Translations under genes and position numbers: made by a program
Source of the DNA: an uncultured delta proteobacterium
GTDB lineage: Bacteria > Myxococcota > Myxococcia > Myxococcales > Myxococcaceae
Direction: 5' to 3'
Assembly: GCA_963731795.1 (NCBI GenBank)
Contig: CAVSWU010000003.1
Location: 1,030,216 to 1,094,215, forward strand
Length of the DNA: 64,000 bases
Shown: positions 1 through 10,259 of the stretch, piece after piece
Layout: each line of letters starts with the position of its first letter
Numbering within the stretch: the stretch's first letter is position 1
Notes under the pieces: generated by a model
Seen by the model: only the letters and a program-made list of their open reading frames with translations
What the model was told of the DNA's origin: nothing
Databases searched by the model: none

Positions 1-280
1 CACCATCAGCCGCTGGCCGCCCACCTGCGTCCCGGACTCGCTGCCGAGATCAATCGCCGTCACCCCGCCGTCCTTGTCCACCTTCAGCATCAGGTGGAGG
101 TTGGAGACGCTGGGGTCCTGGAATCTTCACCGCCGCCTGCGCGCCCGAGCCCACGATGACGCTCTCGGCGTCCGCGATGGTCTCCATCGTGGACCCATCC
201 GGTCCGGTGATGCGCAGCCTCAATCCGTTGTTCTTCGCCGCCGCCATGAGGATCGTTCCCTTCCGCCCTTCCACCCCCAA
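1..280 (-). CDS. N-terminal part of an FHA-domain protein (NfsG/GltG-like); continues beyond the left edge; has an apparent +1 frameshift near nt 95-100
   Basis: On the minus strand the ORF 50..280 reads ...RLRITGPDGSTMETIADAESVIVGSGAQAAVKI. After shifting one frame it continues DPSVSNLHLMLKVDKDGGVTAIDLGSESGTQVGGQRL, a textbook FHA core. The gene lies immediately downstream of the NfsF-like gene. Confidence 0.4.
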
Positions 281-305
281 AGAAAACGAGCGTCCCTTTC
301 AGACG

Positions 306-581
306 CTAGAGGTTGTCCACCGACTTCTGCAGCTCGGGGTTGAAGTTGTCGCGGACCTTGATGAGGCTCTGGAAGTTCGTCTTCTTCCGGTTGAGGACGT
401 ACGAGCCCTCTGGCTTGGTGAGCTCGCCCTCGACCGTCACGTCGGTGAAGTCGATGACCGTCTTCTTCTGGTAGACCGTCTTGTCCTCCTCCTGGATGAC
501 CTTCACCTCGTCCTTCTCCTGCGCCACCGCCGTGCCCGCCCACAACGCCGCCGCCACCACCGCCGATGCCAGTCGCTTCAT
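306..581 (-). CDS. small secreted protein (about 92 aa), NfsF/GltF-like by position
   Basis: MKRLASAVVAAALWAGTAVAQ is a signal peptide, followed by a Lys/Glu-rich mature part. It is the last small gene after the three TPR genes in the operon. Confidence 0.5.
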   Translation of the reverse strand: MKRLASAVVAAALWAGTAVAQEKDEVKVIQEEDKTVYQKKTVIDFTDVTVEGELTKPEGSYVLNRKKTNFQSLIKVRDNFNPELQKSVDNL

Positions 582-769
582 CCGCAGCCTCCGTTCACCC
601 ATCGGTTCTGACAGCGGGTCCTCGAAGAGGTTCCCGCGGTTCTTGCAGGAGTCGATCCAACGCCAATCCCTCGGATCGTAGGGAACTTGCCTCGCGCCTG
701 CCATGCCGCCCACCTGAGGAGTGGAAAAATCTTCCCACTGGAGCCGGTCATTTGTCCTATCCGAGCCCC

Positions 770-2272
770 TCAGGGCGCAGGCGAAGGAGCAGGCAAGCTC
801 CCTGGAGCGGGCTCTTTCGTGGGAGCCGCGGCCGGCGCCTCCGGCATCGGGGGGGCTGGAGCAGCGGAGTCCTCCCCGGCGGGAGCGGAGCCGCCAGGAG
901 CCGTGTCCCCCGCGGGTGCTGCCTCCTCGGGCGGAGTGCCCTCCTGGCGCGCCGCATCCTCCGAGACCTTGTCCAGCAGCGAGCTGTCACCGCTCGGGGC
1001 CTGGCGTGGCCTCCTTCTTCGGCTCGGCGGAGGCTGGGGCGCGCCGTTCTTCTTCATGGCCTGGATGCCCTGCACCTTCGCGTCGATCAGCTTCTTGTCC
1101 TGCGCCGAGGTGCTCTGCAGTCCCTTGCAGCGCTCGAGGAAGCTGAGCGCCTTGTCCCAGCCGGCCCGGTCCGCCGCGTAGGCCCAGCCCGCGCCGCAGA
1201 CGGCATCCGGCTGCTCCGGGCGCAGGGCGAGCACCTTCTCGAAGGCCTCGCCCGCGGCGAGGCCCTTCTTCGGATCGCGCCCCTTCTGCCCGTCGAGCGC
1301 GTAGGCGTAGTAGAGGTGGCTCTCGTAGGAGGTGGGATCCAGCTCCACCGCCTTGGCGAAGGCGCGCTCGGCCCCGCGTAGTCGCGGTAGGCCAGCGCCA
1401 TGGCGCCGATGTTCAGGTGGCCCGGAGCGAACTTCTCGTCGAGCGACACGGCCTTCTGGAACTGGGCCAGCGCGCGGGGACGATCGTTCAGCTTCAGGTA
1501 GATCATCCCCAGGTTGTTGTAGACGCCCGGATCGTTCTCCGCGAGCTTGCGCGCGTTGGCGCTCACCACCTCCGCGAGCCGGTACTGCCCCTGGTCGTAG
1601 TAGATGAGCGCCAGGTTCTTGTAGGCCTCGGGGTTGTCCTTGCTGCGCGCCAGCACGCGGCGGGCGGTGGCCTCGGCGAGGTCGAACTTGCCCGCCAGCC
1701 GGTACGCCACGGTGAGGTTGTTGAGCAGCGCCACGTCGTGCTCGTGGCCCGGCGCCTTGAGCGCCTTCTCGTAGAGGCGGATGGCGTCGTCGAACTTGTC
1801 CTGCAGCCGGTACAGCCGGCCCAGGTTCAGCAGCGTGGGCGGGTGGTTCGGATCCTTCGCGAGGACCTGCTCGTAGGCCGCCTGGGCGTCCGCGAGCCGG
1901 CCCTGGCGCTCGGCGATGAGCCCCAGGTTGAACTGCGCGTTGAGGCTCTGCGGCACCTTCGCCACGCACCTTTCGAAGCCCTTGCGAGCGGCGTCGTAGT
2001 CGCCCGCGTCGAACGCGGCGAGCGCCGCCGGGAAGAGGTCCTGCGGCTCCGGCTCCTCGCTGCGGGAGTGGCGGCCGAGGGCGGCGTGGATGCCGCGGTG
2101 GACGGAGCGGCGACCTGCGCGGGAGGCGGCTTGGGCGCCACTCCGCGACCGGCGTGGGCTTGACCTGGGGAGCCGTGGCGCACGCGGTCGTGAAGGCGAG
2201 CGCGGCGGCGGCGAGCGTGCGGGCGATCGTCACGGCGGTCTTCCTTGCGGATACCTTCAGAGAGGTGCGCAT
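770..2272 (-). CDS. TPR-repeat lipoprotein (NfsE/GltE-AglT-like); frameshifted, with at least 2-3 shifts (for example near 1380 and 2100-2230)
   Basis: The N-terminus MRTSLKVSARKTAVTIARTLAAAALAFTTAC has a lipobox, with GGGGGAGG upstream as an SD. The body (ORF 1087..1965) has classic TPR motifs (NLGRLYRLQDKFDDAIRLYEKAL, YNNLGMIYLKL). The C-terminus continues in the frame of ORF 770..4609 down to the stop at 770. Confidence 0.55.
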   Translation of the reverse strand: MRTSLKVSARKTAVTIARTLAAAALAFTTACATAPQVKPTPVAEWRPSRLPRRSPLRPPRHPRRPRPPLPQRGAGAAGPLPGGARRVRRGRLRRRSQGLRKVRGEGAAEPQRAVQPGAHRRAPGPARGRPGGLRAGPREGSEPPAHAAEPGPAVPAAGQVRRRHPPLREGAQGAGPRARRGAAQQPHRGVPAGGQVRPRRGHRPPRAGAQQGQPRGLQEPGAHLLRPGAVPARGGGERQRAQARGERSGRLQQPGDDLPEAERSSPRAGPVPEGRVARREVRSGPPEHRRHGAGLPRLRGAERAFAKAVELDPTSYESHLYYAYALDGQKGRDPKKGLAAGEAFEKVLALRPEQPDAVCGAGWAYAADRAGWDKALSFLERCKGLQSTSAQDKKLIDAKVQGIQAMKKNGAPQPPPSRRRRPRQAPSGDSSLLDKVSEDAARQEGTPPEEAAPAGDTAPGGSAPAGEDSAAPAPPMPEAPAAAPTKEPAPGSLPAPSPAP

Positions 2273-5200
2273 CCACGGCCGGGCCTCCCCCACCGAGGCG
2301 GCGGGCGCGGCGCGGTCTGCGGAGCCGTCTGCGGAGCCTGCCGCGGCTCTGGAGCCTTCGGAGCCGGCGCGGGAGCGGCGGGCTGCGGGCGCGGTCCCCG
2401 CGGTGGCGGAGGGCGCCATGCCCGGATCCTTGGCCACGTCCGAGGTGGCGAAGAACTCGCTGCCGCGGAAGGGCACCTGGCGCACCTGCGCGTAGGCGCC
2501 CGGCTGGTACTTGTTGACCTGCTCCTGCGCGGCGAGCGTCCACTCGTTGTAGATGGACAGCTCGTAGGCCTTGTCGAGCGCCTTCTCCAGCGCCTCGGTG
2601 GACTTGTCCTCCAGCGGGAGCGCCAGGTTCTCCAGCTCGCCGCGGTACATGGCCACCTGCTCCTCGTCCAGCCCCTTGGGATCCGGCGACTCGAGGATGT
2701 TGCGCGCGAAGTCCGCGTACGCGAGCCCGATGCGGGTGAGCGCCGCGATAGCCCACTCGCCCGACGCCGGTGGCGAGCACCGCCGCGTACTCCTTCTCCA
2801 CGCTGCTGGATCTCGCGCTGCTTGGCGACCAGATCGCGCTTGATGGTGGACACGCGGTGAAGCTTGATGTCCGTGTAGCGCTTCCACTGCGGCTCCAGCT
2901 CCAGGAAGCGCGCGTGGGCGTAGGCGTCCAGCACGCTCACGTCCTTGCTGTCCTCGTCGGACAGGCGGGCCCAGCCGCGCACCAGCTCGCCCTGCGCGCG
3001 CTCGGGCTCTGCGAGTTCTTGAGCTGCCGGTACGCGAGCAGCTCGCGGTACTTGGCCAGGTAGACCTGCCCGGCGTGGTGCGCGAGTCGCGGGCGTAGGT
3101 CTCCGCGAAGGAGGCGAAGGCCCTCGCGGCCTCGGCCCACTGCTCGTCCTTCTCGTGGACGAGCGCGATGTTGAAGGCGATCTGCGGCACGTCCTTGCGA
3201 TCCTTGAAGCGCGAGAGGTACGCGTTGTAGGCGGCGATGGCCTTCCGCGACTCGCCCACGCCCTCCCACCAGAGGCCCGCGTTGAAGAGGGCGTCCGCCA
3301 CCCAGCCTCGGCCTCCTTGACGAGCTGCTGGCGCTCGGCGGCGCGCTGCGCGAGCTTCGAGTCCTCGTCCTGCCCGTCCGCTTCTTCGCCGGGCCTTGGC
3401 GATCTTCTTCGCGCGCTTGCCCTTCTTCGCGTCCGGCCCGTCCCCGGCGGCCTCGTCGTAGGCGGCGACGAAGGCCTCGTACATGTCGGCGGACTTCTTG
3501 AACTCGGCCAGTCTTCTCGTAGAAGCCGCGCCAGCGTGTAGCGCACCTTCAGCGCGAACGGGCTGTCCGGGTACTCCTTGAGGACGCGCTCGCCGGCCTC
3601 GACGCCGCGATCCAGCTCGGTGGCCTCCTGGAAGATGATCATCGCGTAGGTGAGCGCGCGGTCCGCGTTCTCGGACCTCGGGAACTCGGTCACGAACTTG
3701 AGGAACAGCTCGGCGGCCTTCTTCGGGTTCTTCTCCTGGCGGTAGACGATCTCGTCCACCCACTTGTACTGGCTGCCCTCCACCACCTTGGCCACGCGCG
3801 CGGCGAAGTCCGTGCCCGGCTTGGTCAGCTTCTTGTTGGCCAGGAACTGGCGCGACAGCTTGTTCAGCTCGAACCACTCCTCGCGGCTCTCGAGCACGAA
3901 CATCGTGAGGTCCGCCGCGTCCCGCGAGCGCCGCTCCTCGGGGAACTTCTCGATGATCTCGCCGAAGCGCCGCGCCGCGTCCACGAAGTGGTTGCGGTCG
4001 TAGAGGATGACCGCCGCCTGGTAGCGCAGGTCGATCTCGTCCTGGTTGTCCGGGTAGAGCGTGTTGTACGTGTCGCAGGCGGCGACCAGGTGCTCCTCGA
4101 AGTTGCGTGAGCGGCTGCTCCTGCTGCTCCTTCGCGTCCTTCTTGACGATGCGCTTCTTCTCGACGTCGCCCTTGTACTTGTTCTCGTCGACCTTCTGGC
4201 CGTCCTTGAGGTCGCTCTTGGCGAGCTGGCCGCGCTCGATCTTCACCAGCTTGTCGTAGGCGAGCACCGCGGCGAACGCGGCGCTCTTGCGGTAGGACTC
4301 GTTGGAGACCTCGCGCGCCGAGTCGCGATCCGGGATCTTGAACGCCACCACGGCGTCGTACTGGGCGGCGGCCTCCTCCCACTCCTCCAGCGCCCAGAGG
4401 ATCTCCGCGTAGAAGAAGCGCAGGTTGAAGGCGGAGTCGGAGACGAACTCCGGATCCTCGCTGGAGGCGAACGCGTCCACGTACTGCTTGTAGATGTCGC
4501 GCGCGAGCCGGTACGTCTCCACCTGGCGCGTCTTCTGCGCCTCCTGGTGGTACTCGGTCACCATCACGCGCATGGCCTCTTCCGTGACGTTGAAGGCGTT
4601 GCGCAGCACGGGGCTTGTTGCCCGCGTTGGCCTGCCACCACGCGCCGCCCGGCCGGTACAGGTCCACCATCTTCTTCATCTCGGCGCGCACCTGCGTGCG
4701 CTGGCGCAGCCCCTCGTACGCGCGGACGATGGCCTGCTGGTACTCGGGCGCGCCCGGGCCCATGGGCTTGTCGTCGATGAGCACGCGGAACATCTTGATC
4801 GCGCTGTCGAAGTGGCCCGCGTCCGCCAGCCCCACGGCCGTCTTCGCGATGCAGCCGCGACTGCCGCTTCTCCGGCGCCTTCTGGCTTGAAGTAGGCGAT
4901 GGCCTCGTTCGGCTGATCGAGCTGCACGTAGAAGACGGTGAGATCGTTGAGCGCCTCGGTGCTTGCAGGTCGCCCAGCTCCTCGCCGCGAGTCTCCGCGT
5001 AGTCCACCACCTCGTGGAGCTTCTTGAGGCCGGCCTCGTAGTCGCCCGCGTTGTAGTCACACCACGCCAGCTTGTAGATGGCGTAGGCGTAGATCTTCGG
5101 CACCCCCGTGTCGCGCGCCTTCTCGTAGTTCTGCTTGGCGGGCATCAGCTTGTTGTTGTCGAAGTAGTAGTTGCCGAGCTGGATGTACGCGTCCGGCATG

Positions 5201-5854
5201 AACTGCGACTTGGGGAAGTCCTTGATCAGCTTCTCGTAGCGCTTCACCGCCTCGGCGCGGCGGCCCAGCTCGTCGAGGTTGTAGCCCAGCGAGAAGAGCA
5301 CCTCGTCGCGGCGCTCGTACTGCGGATAGTCGCGCAGGATGTCCTCGTAGAGGCTCATCGTCTCGCGCGCGGTAGCGCTCGCTGTCGCGGTGGTCCTCCT
5401 TCGGGGCTCCAGCTTCTCGCCGCGCGCGACGCGCCGCGTCGTAGTTCTTCTCCGCCTCCAGGTGCCGGTCCATCTCCAGGCGGTAGAGGTACTTGGACTT
5501 CTCCCGGTACAGCTCGGACAGGTGGTAGAGCAGTCCGCCTTGCGCGAGGTGCCGTCCTCGAGCTTCGGGATCAGGCGCTTGAGGCCCTCGATGGCCTCGT
5601 CGCGCTTCTTGTCCGCGAGCGCATCCTTCTGCGTCCTCGATGCGCGGCAGCTCGGCGAACTTGGCGTGGGCGGGGCTCATCCGCGCCGGGCCCTGCCGCT
5701 CGCTCCTCCGGCGCCGCCGGCGCTCGCCTGGACCTGGCCTTCGCGCCGCCGCAGGCCGCTTGGCCCGCCGCTGCTGCGCCGCCGCCTCGCCCACCCCCCC
5801 TGCGGCGAGCGCCACGCCCACCGCCAGGGCACCGAACCGAAGGACCGCCTTCAT
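2257..5854 (-). CDS. large periplasmic TPR protein of about 1200 aa (NfsD/GltD-AgmU-like), broken into at least 5 reading-frame segments
   Basis: The signal peptide is MKAVLRFGALAVGVALAAGG at 5854. Natural TPR-like segments lie in the frames of ORFs 5057..5854, 4564..5358, 3864..5060, 2257..3984 and 770..4609 (for example YIQLGNYYFDNNKLMPAKQNYEKA and ...RQVPFRGSEFFATSDVAKD). The in-frame garbage between these segments implies indels. Confidence 0.5.
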
Positions 5855-6067
5855 GCGAGCTCCTGCTCTGAAAGGACGCCGAAGCTAAGAGCGACCCACC
5901 GCTCTGAGAAGTGCTACGCCCGAGACAGGTGGCAACAATTCGCCCACCGCGCAGCGGGCTTCCGCACTGAACGAACGACGCACCGCGATCAGGGGAGCGC
6001 GCTCCGAGACGGCGGTGCGTCAGGTACTGACCGACTGCGCGACGCGGATCGCGCCTGGCCGTCGCCC

Positions 6068-7611
6068 TACTCCTGGGCGCTCGCGGGACAGCCGCGCTTG
6101 AGCGTGTACTGGTAGTAGCCGATCTCGTCGATCCAGAACTCGCCCTGGAACTTCCAGTAGTTCCAGTCCGCGCCCGGGCATGGCCGGGCGGTAGAGCGAC
6201 TGGCGCGTCAGCAGCTTCTTCTGGTCCACGCCCGGCCGCAGCAGGTCCTTCTGGTCCAGCGCCGTCTGCACGCGGATGATCTCCGTCTGGTCGCCGAAGG
6301 TGCGCAGGTTGTCCGCGGCCTCCTGCAGGCGGCTCTTGGCCAGGGTGCCGCCCACCTGCAGCAGCGTGTGCGCAGCGTCCTCGAGCGCGGCCACGGTCTC
6401 GGGCGCCAGCGGCGTGCCCTTCCACGCCGACGTGCCGGTGATGGCGCGCTTCTCCTCGTCCATCTGCTCGCAGCCCGCGCATCACGCTCGCGGATGCGCT
6501 CGTTGTTGCGGATCCACAGGTACACCGGGCGCGGCAGCCGCCGGTTCTCCGGGCGGACACCAGGTCGAAGGCAGGCGATCAGCTCCATGTCCTCGCCGTG
6601 AAGCGGCTTGAGCTGCTTCGCCATGGGCCCGTAGACCTCGTCGAAGGCGGCCAGCGTCGTCTTCGACCTCGTCGAAGAGGCAGCTGTAGTAGTAGACGGT
6701 CGCCTTGAGGATCCACGACTCGGGCTGGAAGGCGCCGGCGAACTGCGGCGCGTGCAGCGCCTGCAGGCTGCCGAGCGCCCCGCCGAAGTCCTCGTTCTGG
6801 AAGCGGGCGAAGCCGTTCTCGAAGAGCGCCTGATCCCAGTAGCGCGAGTAGCGCGGCACGGCCTCGTAGGCCTCGCTCGCCTCCTCGTACTCGCCGCGCC
6901 CGTAGTGCAGGCGCCCCAGCCCCAGCAGCGCGAGCTCGCGCGTCTCCTTGAGCTCGATCTGCTGCTCGCCCTGCTGCTTCAGCACCGTCTTGAAGGCGGA
7001 GATCGCGGCCTTGTCCAGCGCCTCCGCCTCACCCGGGCGCCCCGGGAAGCGCGGGTCCGCCAGCACGACGCCCAGCAGGTAGTGCGCCTTGGCGTAGACG
7101 CGGCTGCTCGGGCGGCACCGCCTCCAGCAGCGCGCGCGCCTCCTCGAAGCTGGCCGCGGCGCTGGCTGATGGTGCCCACCAGGTAGTTGATGCGCGCGAG
7201 CACCTCCCGGGGCAGCGTGACCCACTGATCCCTCACCTCTTCCGTGTAGGCCTGGTTGAGCAGGCTGGGGATCAGGTTCTGCTCGTCGAGCTGCTGCTGC
7301 ATGTCGACGAGCCCCTCCACCGCCTCGAGGTACGAGGGGTGCGAGGGCCCCGCCTTCACGATGGCGGCGTAGGTGACGAAGGCGCTCACCGGCAGCCCCT
7401 TCTGCGCGAAGGTCTGCGCCAGGTAGTACTCGGCCTTGCCCTTGATCTCCGGGTCCGAGGCGCCCTCGGAGATCTCGAAGAAGAGCGGCGCGGCGGTGTC
7501 GAGATCGCCCGCGTTGAAGGCGGCGAGCGCGCGGTTGTACGTGGTCACGTCCTGCGCGAGCGCCGCGAGCGGCGCCAGGGCGACGGCGAAGAGTGCGAGC
7601 AGTCGGGACAT
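6068..7611 (-). CDS. TPR-like periplasmic protein of about 510 aa (NfsC/GltC-like); at least 4 frameshifts
   Basis: The signal peptide is MSRLLALFAVALAPLAALAQD. Natural segments are successively in ORFs 6979..7611, 6482..7225, 6208..6624 and 6020..6463. The true C-terminus ...ADWNYWKFQGEFWIDEIGYYQYTLKRGCPASAQE* is in a fourth frame and ends near 6068. Confidence 0.5.
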
Positions 7612-7621
7612 GGCGTTCCCC

Positions 7622-8861
7622 TCAGAAGAGGATCGAGAAGCCGGCGTAGAAGCTCACGTTGTTGAGGACGTCCGAGGAGGGCTCCGCGACCAGGTCCCTC
7701 CCGAGGATGATGTCCTCGCGGTAGTTCTTCTTGGTCTTGGGGTCCACGCCGTCGAACTTCTGGAACTGGCAGCTCCCGCTGAGCCCCAGGTTCTCGAAGG
7801 ACTGGTTGCCGGCGCGCGCGGACTCCATCTTCTCGAAGTCGGCCAGGTTGCAGCCGTCCACCCGGTCCACGCGCGCGGTGTAGACGAGATCCCTCACCTC
7901 GAGGCGCAGCGCGTACGAGTCACCGAACTGCACGCGGAAGCCACCGCCCACCGAGCCCAGGAACTTGAGCCCCGTGTCCCCGAAGCGCGCTGGGACGTTG
8001 TACGTCTCGCCGTCCACCTCGTTGGAAACCTGCGGCCGGATCAGGTGCCGCGTCCCGCCGAGGCCCGCGCCGCCGCTGAGGATCAGGCTGAACTGCGCCA
8101 GGTGGTTCGTCGTAGAAGGCGAACTTGCCGTAGAGCGGCGTCACCTCGACGCCCGCCTGCGCGCCCCACGACAGCAGCAGCGACGAGGCCGCCTGCGCCT
8201 GCTCGCGCACCTTGTCGATCAGCTCCAGGTTGAAGGGGCTCTCGTTGGAGTACCAGTTGTACTGGCCCGTCAGCTGGAGCGCGAAGTTCTCCTGCAGGTG
8301 GTAGATGTAGTTGAGCGCGCTGCCCACGTGGTTGGTGAACTTGCCGTTCACCTGCACCGCCAGCGGGTAGAGCGCGAACTCGTGCCGGCCCTCGTCCGCG
8401 AAGGGCTTCTTCTGGACGATGTGCACGGAGACGTTCGGGTTGTAGAGCGGCGCGCCGTTCACCAGCCGCTGCTGCTCGGGCGTCGTCGTGCGCAGCTCCG
8501 TGTCCACCTCCGCCACCGTGGGCGCGTCCTTGGCCGGCTTCGACTCGGCGGGCGCGGCCGCCTCGGCCGGTGCCGGAGCCTGCTCGGAGGCAGGAGGCTG
8601 GGCGGCCTCGAGCTCCTCGTCCTCGTCTTTCTTGGAGCGCGCACGCGCCGCGGGCTGGGGCTGATCGCCGGGCACGGCCGTCCCCATCTCGCGAGCAGGC
8701 GAGGACTCGGGGCGCGCCCCGGGCGCCGCCGGAGCTGCCGCCTGGGGCGGAACGGAGCCCTCGGCTCCCGGCGCGGGCACCGTGGGTTCGGATTTCACGA
8801 CGGTGGGCTCGGCCCCGACGACCGTCGACAGGAGGACCGCGAAGGACAGGATCGTTCGCAT
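7622..8861 (-). CDS. outer-membrane beta-barrel protein of about 410 aa (NfsB/GltB-like); one frameshift near 8090
   Basis: The signal peptide is MRTILSFAVLLSTVVGA. An Ala/Pro-rich linker is followed by the barrel. The N-terminal part (ORF 7920..8861) is natural up to ...LYGKFAFYDE, and the C-terminal part (ORF 7622..8017) ends ...YAGFSILF with a terminal Phe. Confidence 0.55.
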
Positions 8862-8866
8862 GGGTT

Positions 8867-9688
8867 CTAGAAGAGGAAGGTGTAGCCGACGTCGAACTGG
8901 ACCAGGTGCGTGAGCCCCGGGTGGAGCGCGGGCGTGCCCGTCTCTCGGCCCGCCTCCCAGTCATCCCGAGATAGATCCATGCGGTAGGCGTCGCGGAACA
9001 CCCAGTCCCGCAGCTCCAACTTCACGCCGTGCCGCTCGAAGGCGAAGAACCGGAAGCCCAGCGCCGCGCTCACCACCGGGGCCACCCGCGTCTCCTTCAC
9101 CCAGAAGCTCTCGGTGGCGGTGGAGCGCTCCAGCGGATCCGTGCGGTTGTCGCAGATGCCCAGGTCCCGGTTCACCACGTTGGCGCACTGGATCAGCGAC
9201 TGGCGCTGGAACGAGCCCACCCCGCCCCCCGCCCACAGGTACGCCTGGAAGTGCGCGGGCACCTCCGCCATCAGCGACAGCTTGCCGTACACCGGCGCCC
9301 ACCGCACGCCGATGACGCCGTGGAGATTCATCCGCCACAGGTCCTCGAGCTCGTCGGTGACCTTCTTGTCATCCCGGGTCAGGAAGCTCTCGGAGATGGA
9401 GCGCGCCAGGCCCGTCTGTCGGCTGAACGCGTAGCCCGCCCGGCCTTCCACGGCGAGCGTGTCGAACAGGTTGTAGGCCACGCCCACGTCCATGGTGTAG
9501 TGGGCCGTGAGGTAGGTGAACACCGAGATGCCCAAGCTCGGAGACAGCTCGAGGTTGCCCGCCGGCCGGTAGAGCCGGTTGCGGACGACGGCTGGCTCCA
9601 GGAGCTGCTCCTGCTGCCCGGCGGCGCTCAGGGCCGTCAGGGCCAGGATCATCGTGGAGAGCACGCGAAGCGAACGGACGGTCAACAT
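8867..9688 (-). CDS. outer-membrane beta-barrel protein of about 274 aa (NfsA/GltA-like), intact
   Basis: The signal peptide is MLTVRSLRVLSTMILALTALSAAGQ. It has alternating amphipathic strands and the C-terminus ...DVGYTFLF. It is a paralogue of the adjacent barrel gene. Confidence 0.6.
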   Translation of the reverse strand: MLTVRSLRVLSTMILALTALSAAGQQEQLLEPAVVRNRLYRPAGNLELSPSLGISVFTYLTAHYTMDVGVAYNLFDTLAVEGRAGYAFSRQTGLARSISESFLTRDDKKVTDELEDLWRMNLHGVIGVRWAPVYGKLSLMAEVPAHFQAYLWAGGGVGSFQRQSLIQCANVVNRDLGICDNRTDPLERSTATESFWVKETRVAPVVSAALGFRFFAFERHGVKLELRDWVFRDAYRMDLSRDDWEAGRETGTPALHPGLTHLVQFDVGYTFLF

Positions 9689-9725
9689 GGCGCATCCAAG
9701 TGCACATCCGATGCCCCACGGGCAA

Positions 9726-9757
9726 GATGCACGAGCCCCCCGACCGTGCATTTTTTT
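9726..9757 (+). terminator. intrinsic-terminator-like hairpin (ATGCACG-N11-CGTGCAT) followed by T7, oriented on the plus strand
   Basis: The sequence is gATGCACGagccccccgacCGTGCATTTTTTTcac. A T7 run is rare at this GC content. No annotated plus-strand gene lies upstream of it. Confidence 0.3.
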
Positions 9758-9859
9758 CACGGACGAAGCCCCCATCGCCCGGTGGATGACGTTTCTGTCA
9801 GCTCAAGCGGGAGCCGCAAGGCACGCAACGGGCACACCCCGCGCGGGTTCCACGGTAAG

Positions 9860-10249
9860 ATGGAGTGGGAGGCCAATCCGACCTCAATGAATGAAGCCAG
9901 GAGCCCTGTCGTGAGCGGTCCCGAGCGTCGCCGTCACACCCGCTACAAGGTTCGGCTGAGCATCGAGTTCCTGCGTGGCGAGGCCGAGGTCGCCGGGGAG
10001 ATCTTCAACATCTCCTGCTCCGGCTGCCTGCTCGTCACGCCCGTGGCCCTGCAGGTGGGAGAGCGCGTCGAGGTCTATCTGCCCGAGCTCGGCCGGCCCC
10101 CGGAGGCCTTCCGGGTGGTGCGTACCCGTCCGCTGGGCTCGTGGTACGCCGTGAGCGTGGAGTTCCAACCTCACCTCCCGGACGACGCAGTGCTGGCCAG
10201 GCTCGCCAGCCAGGAAGAGACGCCGGAGGATCCCGAGCAGATCTTCTGA
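9860..10249 (+). CDS. PilZ-domain c-di-GMP receptor (129 aa)
   Basis: It has RRRHTRYKV ... GEIFNISCSGCLLVT, matching the RxxxR and (D/N)xSxxG PilZ motifs. Confidence 0.7.
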   Translation: MEWEANPTSMNEARSPVVSGPERRRHTRYKVRLSIEFLRGEAEVAGEIFNISCSGCLLVTPVALQVGERVEVYLPELGRPPEAFRVVRTRPLGSWYAVSVEFQPHLPDDAVLARLASQEETPEDPEQIF

Positions 10250-10259
10250 GCCGCTCCGG

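Noticed and set aside
770-4609. A single 1279-aa ORF reported by the six-frame track
   Set aside because: It is not one gene. Only short stretches read like protein, and the rest is Arg/Pro/Gly-rich garbage typical of an off-frame in GC-rich DNA. The real products (NfsE-like and NfsD-like) hop between this and at least four other frames.
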